DNA of 64,000 nucleotides from a virus: IMG/VR virus record IMGVR_UViG_3300030044_000011; one strand, written 5' to 3'. Shown here one piece after another: positions 57,287 through 64,000 of the stretch; within the stretch, counting starts at the first letter, position 1; every line of letters begins with the position of its first letter. The notes under the pieces are model-generated. The model saw only the letters and a list, made by a program, of their open reading frames with translations, was not told the DNA's origin and did no database searches. The position numbers and the translations under genes were made by a program.

Positions 57287-60200
57287 ATGCCCGAAGACCT
57301 ACCTGCTGACGATACAACAAGCACAGGAAGTGCTGCCCCCGGCGAAGCTGCGAATATTGGACAAGCCACAGCTTCTGTGGATGTTTCTGTTGCTGCCCTT
57401 CGGATGGCACAATCAGTGGATAAACTGGTTAATAGACTGGAGGAATTCTTTGAGTTTCAAAAAAAGGCATTTGAAGCAACAGCAACTAGTGCCGAAGATT
57501 TGGTGAACCATACAGGGAGTGTGAGGGATAACCTCAAGTCTATCATTGCAGCTTCGAAGAAGCTAAGTCAGAATATAAGCTTTGGACAGGCTACAAAAGA
57601 GGTTCAAAAGATGCGAAGCGAAGTTGAGCATCTTTTGAAGACCACTAAAGAAAATACGACAGAACACCGTAATCTTAGGCGTGTTCAAACTGATTTGATA
57701 GAAGGGGAAAGGCTACTTGAGAAGCATAAAGGGGAGTCAAATAAGTCATTAAAATCCGATGTGGAACTCGCTAAGCAACTTAAAACCATTATGCACTCGG
57801 TAGAAGATAGCACCGTTAAAATAACCAGCGCCTATAACACTGTAAAAACAGGAAAACTCAACCAAGCATTCATGAATATACATGATGTCATGGGTCGCGG
57901 TGGCGCTCGTGTTCATAATTTAAGGCGGACGGCACAACGAGCGCATGATGTGAAATTAGATCGAGAGGATAAGACTGCGGAGAAGAAAGCGCAGTGGGAG
58001 GATAACAAGAAAAACCTCATTAAAAAAATAAAGGAGAGACCTGACGCAGATGTCTTCTTCGATTGGGAGGGTAATTTTGATATGAAGAGGGCATTTAACC
58101 ATCCAGAGACTAAAAAACTGATGATGGACACTATGCTTAGCGGCGGCAGTGAGGGGAAAGGACCAAGTAATTGGATTGATCGTAAAATTGCAGCACATGC
58201 AATGGGAGGTTTTGGGTTTACAAACCAAATGGCCGGTAAGTTAATGGAAGAGACCGGAGGTTCGGGTGCAGTGGGGGGTGTACTTGGGGGTGTACTTGGG
58301 GGTGCTGAAAGTTTGGGCGCTGGAGCTTTGACCAAACTAGCTGGTCCTATTGGTCTTGGCATTGCTGGTACGCTTGCTGTTAAGGACACCTTTGATGCGG
58401 TAGCTAAGCAGAGCCAAGAGATGGAGAAAAGTCTCGGTAAAGGGGGTATATTCACAGGTGAGCATGGTGGTCTTGAGGGGATGATGAATGCCAAAGACAA
58501 CCTCAGGGCTTTTGGGTTAAACAGGTTTGGTGTCACTACAGAACGCAATATAGCCGTTGCTCAAGCTATGCAAGAGTCAGGAGTTAACATTTCCGGGCTT
58601 GCTAACAAAGGCACAGGTATGAGAGATAGCGGGGTGGGGGACATCGCAGAAATTGCTATGAAACAGGCTCGTGAACTGGGTTTGAGTGATGTTGAAGGAA
58701 CGAAGCAGACTCTTAAAATGATGCAGAACTATAAGCTTACTTTGGATGGTACACAAACTTTTTTCAGGACTGTTGGAAAGGACATCACTGCTGCGGGGCT
58801 TTCAACAGGGAAATATCTGGAGTTACTTGATGATGTTACCGGGCAGTTCGATAGTATGGGTAAGTCTATTGAAACTGTAACAACTCTTTTACGTGCTATG
58901 GGCAACAGCGGGACTGAGGACGCCGATCAGTTGAAAGAGAACCTCACTTCGCTTATGGGTAAACCTCAGACTGATGAGCAGAGTCTATTTGGAATGTTCT
59001 CAATGTCGAACCCGGCTTTTCAGAGGTATGCTAAGAGTCAGCAAGACAACGCTGCCACACAAATTAAAAAGTATAAAGACACCATCGACCAAGCGTTGAC
59101 TCACATGAATGCCCCACAAGGTGCTTCTGAAGAGATTTGGAAGGGGTTGGATTTAACAAAGACCAAAGATTTAGACACCGCTAAGTCTAGGTTTGATGAA
59201 ATTAAAGAGAAAGTAGGGGGGGTATCTAATCCATTCACAACTGCTGTAGGCCCCAATCTTCTAAATGCAAAAAATGCAATGGCGACTGCTGAGGCGTCGA
59301 AGATGGGAAGGTTAAACGCCGCCACTATAGGGGGGGTCACAGATGATAATGCTCTTTCAAGAATGAACTCAACAATGAATGATTTGAACAATGTACTTGA
59401 CACCGCAGGGACATCCACTGAAGAGCTTGTTACAAATTCTACAAAAGCATTAAACACAAATCCACTTCTACAAAAACAAGTGTCAGAGCCTTTAGGTTTA
59501 GACCCGCATAAGATGTTGCGGATAAGTGCGGCTGTGGGAGACATATCTGACTCTATCGTTAATGAGTTTTATAATGGGCTTTCGGCTTCCTCCACAGCGG
59601 GAATGGGTAAGGAGGCTATTGATGCCGAGTATGGAAAACAACTTACAGCCCTTGGTATACAATACAAGCCCGGTGAAGCCCAAAAGACGTATCAATCTAT
59701 GGACAAAAATGTTTTGAAAGAGAAAAACCATGTGGCCTTGATGCAACGAGGGGCACTTACTGGAGCCGTCAGTGATTCAGTAATCACTAAAAGTCTTGAC
59801 GATCATCATAAAGATTCAATAGAGACTGTGTTGAAGAACAACGCAGATTTGGCTATGGGGACAAGGACAACCAACGGGTACCTAGAGGGTATAGAAGATG
59901 CTTTAATCAATAAAGCAGGATGGCTACAAAAAATGTTCGACATCATGGATAGTCACTGGGGGTTAAAAGCGGATGTTAAAGGGACCGCTGCTGCAAAAGA
60001 GGCTGCGACCAGCAACCAAGCGATGTCGGATTCTGAGTTGTTAAATCAAATTGTCAATTCAATTAAGCCGGATGGATCAGGCACTAATTGGGATTGGGTT
60101 GATCCCGCAGCTAAGGGGGCGGCTAAAGGTAAATCGGCTTCATTTATTCAGCAACGTCTACAAGAACTTGAGCCTCTTGCAGCAGCCGGAAATTTAGGGG

Positions 60201-60643
60201 ATCGAAAAAAAGAATACGACGAGTTCTTCGCCGCAAGAGCGGAAATGATGAACGACTTCAAATTACAGATGACTGGTCGGGGGGCTTTTGCCGGACTTTC
60301 GGCGGAACAAAGGGCTCAAGGAAACGCAGGGATCGGTTATGACAAAACCACAGGTAAGGTTATCTCTTTGGTAGGCCCTCCTGATGTGAAGCAAGCAGGA
60401 GACACTCCAGCAGCGACTAAAGTGAAATCACAAACCCCAACAGTTGGTAATGTCAACAGTGGCAACTCTACTACGACGACAAACAATACGCTTGTTGGTG
60501 GACAACAAGTTCAAGCGGCAACTCCCGGTGCAGGAAAAGCCAAAGAACAGAAAACTCAAACACCAGCACCGGCAGGGGCTCCTGTTCAGACTCCGCCACC
60601 TCATCTTTCTGGTAATTCAGGGGTCTCCGTTGGAGGTTGGTAA
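57287..60643 (+). CDS. putative tape measure protein
   Basis: 1118 aa, helical Ala/Gly/Lys-rich, central Gly-rich hydrophobic stretch. Confidence 0.7.
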   Translation: MPEDLPADDTTSTGSAAPGEAANIGQATASVDVSVAALRMAQSVDKLVNRLEEFFEFQKKAFEATATSAEDLVNHTGSVRDNLKSIIAASKKLSQNISFGQATKEVQKMRSEVEHLLKTTKENTTEHRNLRRVQTDLIEGERLLEKHKGESNKSLKSDVELAKQLKTIMHSVEDSTVKITSAYNTVKTGKLNQAFMNIHDVMGRGGARVHNLRRTAQRAHDVKLDREDKTAEKKAQWEDNKKNLIKKIKERPDADVFFDWEGNFDMKRAFNHPETKKLMMDTMLSGGSEGKGPSNWIDRKIAAHAMGGFGFTNQMAGKLMEETGGSGAVGGVLGGVLGGAESLGAGALTKLAGPIGLGIAGTLAVKDTFDAVAKQSQEMEKSLGKGGIFTGEHGGLEGMMNAKDNLRAFGLNRFGVTTERNIAVAQAMQESGVNISGLANKGTGMRDSGVGDIAEIAMKQARELGLSDVEGTKQTLKMMQNYKLTLDGTQTFFRTVGKDITAAGLSTGKYLELLDDVTGQFDSMGKSIETVTTLLRAMGNSGTEDADQLKENLTSLMGKPQTDEQSLFGMFSMSNPAFQRYAKSQQDNAATQIKKYKDTIDQALTHMNAPQGASEEIWKGLDLTKTKDLDTAKSRFDEIKEKVGGVSNPFTTAVGPNLLNAKNAMATAEASKMGRLNAATIGGVTDDNALSRMNSTMNDLNNVLDTAGTSTEELVTNSTKALNTNPLLQKQVSEPLGLDPHKMLRISAAVGDISDSIVNEFYNGLSASSTAGMGKEAIDAEYGKQLTALGIQYKPGEAQKTYQSMDKNVLKEKNHVALMQRGALTGAVSDSVITKSLDDHHKDSIETVLKNNADLAMGTRTTNGYLEGIEDALINKAGWLQKMFDIMDSHWGLKADVKGTAAAKEAATSNQAMSDSELLNQIVNSIKPDGSGTNWDWVDPAAKGAAKGKSASFIQQRLQELEPLAAAGNLGDRKKEYDEFFAARAEMMNDFKLQMTGRGAFAGLSAEQRAQGNAGIGYDKTTGKVISLVGPPDVKQAGDTPAATKVKSQTPTVGNVNSGNSTTTTNNTLVGGQQVQAATPGAGKAKEQKTQTPAPAGAPVQTPPPHLSGNSGVSVGGW

Positions 60644-60646
60644 TCT

Positions 60647-62005
60647 ATGCCTAACTCATCAACAGTAACCAACTCGCAACAAACCGTGGTCTCCGCTGCG
60701 AATAACTGGAACGCGGCGAACCCCACCCGACCTCAAATCGACCCTAACATTTTGTTGGGGATCATGATGCAAGAGTCTGGAGGGAATCCAAATGCCATCA
60801 ACTACAACTCTAATGGGAGTGTTGATTATGGTTTGATGCAGTTGAATACTGGCTCATTTCCTAACGCGGCGTCTTTAAGCCCCGGTGATAATGTCACCAC
60901 AGGGACAGCTTATTTTGGGCAGTTGATGAATACCTTCAATGGAAATACCTATCAAGCCATCGCTGCATATAACTCAGGGGCGGGTAGCGTCATGAAGAAC
61001 GGCATCACCAACCCTAAATATGTAGATGGAGTTCTTCAAAAGGCTGGAGGGGATTACAGCGGAGGCACTATTTATGATGGAACAAACTCCGGTGGCAACC
61101 CTTCGTGGGCCACACAACCAGTTACTGGTATGGCCGCTCAACCATTGAACAACAATACGCAGAATGTTGACCTAAATGCCTTGGTGCCACAGATCGTAAT
61201 CCAAGAAGGGCTGGACAACACACCGTGGTACGACGACTATGGTCTGATAACGGGAAATCCAAGGCTTCGCGCTGAAGTACAACCCGTAAGTTTTCAAGTC
61301 ATACTGCATGACAACAAAAGCTTTCTACTCTCATCCAAAGGGGAAACAGGAAACCCAATTCAGATTCAGTTGAACGCTTCCATGAAGAGTGTTAACTGGT
61401 CAATGAAACATATTTACCATCACCAACGCACTCGTACGGCTCACCATATTACGATGTGGGGTATGCAAGCTGACCTCATTGAGGGGCAATGCACGACTGG
61501 AGTCTTTATGAACCAGTTTGGTTTAACCGACTACTACAGCACCCGCACTATCAATGATGGTTTGAAGAAGTTGATTACCAGTGGTCAAGCGTTCGATGAT
61601 GTCATGAATAATGCAGCCAAAGGAAACCCCTTCTTCACTCAGACGGATGCTTTTCGTGTAGCGGCACAGGATGCCTTCATGGAGTTTTTAGCTCTTTTCA
61701 AAATGAATGGGTCGGTTTGGTTTTGGAATAATGTGTACACAGATGACTTAGGCAACTCACGCGATTGGACAGGAATACAGGCTTGGTCGCCCACGCTTGG
61801 TATGAGTTCCGCCCAAAAAAATGGAAGGAACAATGACGTACTCACTCGCGGCGGTGTGCTCATGTCCTATCGCAACTTTGTGTATCAAGGTTACTTTAAG
61901 ACCCTTCAGTGGACGATAGACGCACGCAATCCTTTCAAATGGGACTTCTCATTTACATTTCAGGTGGAGAAAACGGTAGGTCAGCAATTCATTCCTGACA
62001 GGTAA
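60647..62005 (+). CDS. SLT lytic transglycosylase-domain tail protein
   Basis: QESGGNPNA, GLMQ, AAYNSG. Confidence 0.88.
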   Translation: MPNSSTVTNSQQTVVSAANNWNAANPTRPQIDPNILLGIMMQESGGNPNAINYNSNGSVDYGLMQLNTGSFPNAASLSPGDNVTTGTAYFGQLMNTFNGNTYQAIAAYNSGAGSVMKNGITNPKYVDGVLQKAGGDYSGGTIYDGTNSGGNPSWATQPVTGMAAQPLNNNTQNVDLNALVPQIVIQEGLDNTPWYDDYGLITGNPRLRAEVQPVSFQVILHDNKSFLLSSKGETGNPIQIQLNASMKSVNWSMKHIYHHQRTRTAHHITMWGMQADLIEGQCTTGVFMNQFGLTDYYSTRTINDGLKKLITSGQAFDDVMNNAAKGNPFFTQTDAFRVAAQDAFMEFLALFKMNGSVWFWNNVYTDDLGNSRDWTGIQAWSPTLGMSSAQKNGRNNDVLTRGGVLMSYRNFVYQGYFKTLQWTIDARNPFKWDFSFTFQVEKTVGQQFIPDR

Positions 62006-62008
62006 ATT

Positions 62009-63295
62009 ATGACAACATCTAACACAACCACGCCTATCGGACCTTTTTCGGAGAATAGCCCCTCTCCGACGATTACCCCCACTACGCCTGCCTCTCAAAC
62101 GCCGGTAAATGCTACATCCACCAATCCGAATAGTCGTGGGGTCAATGACCTTAGTGACATCCGTCCAACGCCAAATCTTTCACCGCTACCAACTCGTGCG
62201 GAAAAGCGGTTAATCCCTACAATGGTGGATGCAACACAGATTCAACAGAATTTTTTCACCTCATCGGGAGGGCAACTTGCACAAGCTCTCGGATTGCACC
62301 CACAGAATACAGTTCATGACACCGACTTTTACACCTACGCAAAGTCGGAAGCTCGACGGTTACAAAATGGTGTGGATTACATTAAGATTCGTATCCCTCA
62401 TCGTGGTGTTCTTTCTAGTTCTCAGCTACCAGACACTAGTCAAGCAGCGGAGTTTAGGTTCTTAACTAACCCCTCCACGCTGACGGTCAATCGTCAAACT
62501 GTGGACTCTCAGTCCATGACTCGTGGCGGCTGGCAGTTTGGTGTGTGGGGTGAGGATACTTTCTTGGTTTCGATGCAAGGCACATCGGCGGGTTCATATT
62601 TCTCTCTCGGTACGACTGACGAGTTCTCTTATTATGCTGTGTCATATCGTAATCTTATGCAGCTTCAAGAGGTTTTTGAGAATAATGGGTATTGGTTTGA
62701 GGGGGAGGAATACAACGAGGGGCCTTTGGCAGCGGACTATCTCCGTCGTCGCATTCGTATGCACCAAGATGTTGAGTTGTGGTGTGGGAATTTTATATGG
62801 TCGGGGATGTTTGATAGCTTTACCATCTCACAAGACGCTACTCAACCTTTCATGTTGACTTTTTCATTGAGTTTTTTCGTTTGGAAAGAAAGGTACCGCA
62901 CTACATCCCCTTATCAAAACAGCATTGCGAACAACATAGAGCGTGGGCATAGCTATAGTGCAATAGAGGGTCAAACCGATACAACCCAAACCAACAATGC
63001 CTTGGCTCAATTCTCTTCTCCATCAACAGCGACTCAGGCACAGCTTTCGAGCGGCCAGTCTGCTGGTGTTGGTCTTACGCTTGGAAGCGATGGACGCTAC
63101 TATCCTCCTTCAAGCATCGTAAACGGGAACATGGTCGGGCCACCAGCCACCAATCAACCCTATGGGGGTTCTCCAGCCATCGCTGCTTCTATCTCTGAAG
63201 ACTTATCCCCAAACGTCCCAACTACTGTGACAGACATCATGGGTGTCGGACCAATGAATGATTTGATGTTTCCTCAGAAGAGCCCACTGTTTTAA
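62009..63295 (+). CDS. putative tail/baseplate protein
   Basis: Tube-initiator-like features (NPSTL, WGED, FSLSF); context. Confidence 0.55.
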   Translation: MTTSNTTTPIGPFSENSPSPTITPTTPASQTPVNATSTNPNSRGVNDLSDIRPTPNLSPLPTRAEKRLIPTMVDATQIQQNFFTSSGGQLAQALGLHPQNTVHDTDFYTYAKSEARRLQNGVDYIKIRIPHRGVLSSSQLPDTSQAAEFRFLTNPSTLTVNRQTVDSQSMTRGGWQFGVWGEDTFLVSMQGTSAGSYFSLGTTDEFSYYAVSYRNLMQLQEVFENNGYWFEGEEYNEGPLAADYLRRRIRMHQDVELWCGNFIWSGMFDSFTISQDATQPFMLTFSLSFFVWKERYRTTSPYQNSIANNIERGHSYSAIEGQTDTTQTNNALAQFSSPSTATQAQLSSGQSAGVGLTLGSDGRYYPPSSIVNGNMVGPPATNQPYGGSPAIAASISEDLSPNVPTTVTDIMGVGPMNDLMFPQKSPLF

Positions 63296-63307
63296 TAGGA
63301 AGAATCT

Positions 63308-64000
63308 ATGGCTAATCAACAGACGACAACTTCAAACTCTCCTTCCACTCAAGGGATGATTCGCAACATCAATCAGACCGTTCAAGAGCGGGAAATAATT
63401 AAGACCTGCCCCGACCTTATTGTGTATTTGGATGGGAAGACATATCTGCTTAATCCATATATTACGAACACCACCGCGAACCAGCCATACACGTTCGTCA
63501 GCTTCAATGATTATGTACAGAATTTTTCTTCTTCTTACGACGTGGATAATCTAGTCCCTTCAGCGAATTTTACCTTGCAGGTACCAAACTTTTCGAAATA
63601 CCTTTTTCAATCACCGGGGGGTAACAACCTCATCGACACCATGATGGAGGTTCAGGTGTTTGCTAAGGGCTACTTCCTGTCAGGTGATGGTGGGAATACC
63701 ATTTACTACAGGGTATTCAAGGGAGTCACTTCCCATGTGTCACACACTGACAATGGTATGTTCTTGGAAATTTCAATTCAATGCTTGGGGGTTCTGCACC
63801 TACTGGAACACATGTATGTTGACCTCAATCCTTCTTTGATGTCTAACTCGGAACGTCCAGTCACACCGATGACAAGCAACCAATCTCACATGAACCCATA
63901 TGAGATGCTTGCCGCAGAATTCCAGCAAGATATTTCATTCGAAGGGTTTGAATTGAACTCTATCCAGCAGGGTATTACGACCGGGGGGAGTGATTGGAAG
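63308..64000 (+). CDS. putative baseplate hub protein (partial, runs off the window)
   Basis: AGGA RBS; open frame MANQQTTT.. to the window end. Confidence 0.6.
   Translation, partial: MANQQTTTSNSPSTQGMIRNINQTVQEREIIKTCPDLIVYLDGKTYLLNPYITNTTANQPYTFVSFNDYVQNFSSSYDVDNLVPSANFTLQVPNFSKYLFQSPGGNNLIDTMMEVQVFAKGYFLSGDGGNTIYYRVFKGVTSHVSHTDNGMFLEISIQCLGVLHLLEHMYVDLNPSLMSNSERPVTPMTSNQSHMNPYEMLAAEFQQDISFEGFELNSIQQGITTGGSDWK

Noticed and set aside
1-64000. Stop-codon reassignment suggested by the phage release factor
   Set aside because: Long genes are intact in code 11, TGA, TAG and TAA all end genes at tight junctions, and I found no CTA, TCA or TTA suppressor tRNA

Overview
A 64-kb segment of a large (jumbo-type) tailed phage genome using the standard genetic code. 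Positions 1-54,100 are almost all on the minus strand. They hold three tRNA arrays (Pro/Met at about 250-3520, Leu/Tyr at about 8700-10550, Val/Ala/Asp/Glu/Gly/Cys at about 39300-45115), RNase P RNA, many non-canonical CCA-ended tRNA-like RNAs, homing endonucleases and DNA metabolism genes (PhoH, SbcCD-like, RecA, RuvC-like, DEDDh exonuclease, Nudix, SSB, HU, DinG, class II RNR, DnaC/DUF1376/DnaB). From about 54,200 the plus strand carries tail morphogenesis genes. Main observation: each tRNA array is preceded by a shared promoter and a short leader ORF whose codons match the tRNAs downstream. In each leader the stop codon sits in the loop of an antiterminator-type hairpin that is mutually exclusive with a downstream hairpin (an intrinsic terminator in two cases). 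This looks like ribosome-mediated attenuation that would switch on phage tRNA operons when the matching host tRNAs become limiting. The same arrays carry orphan HicB-like and TacA-like antitoxin domains and an RF1-type release factor split by a prfB-like +1 frameshift at UAG. All calls come from manual reading; no database searches or folding programs were run.
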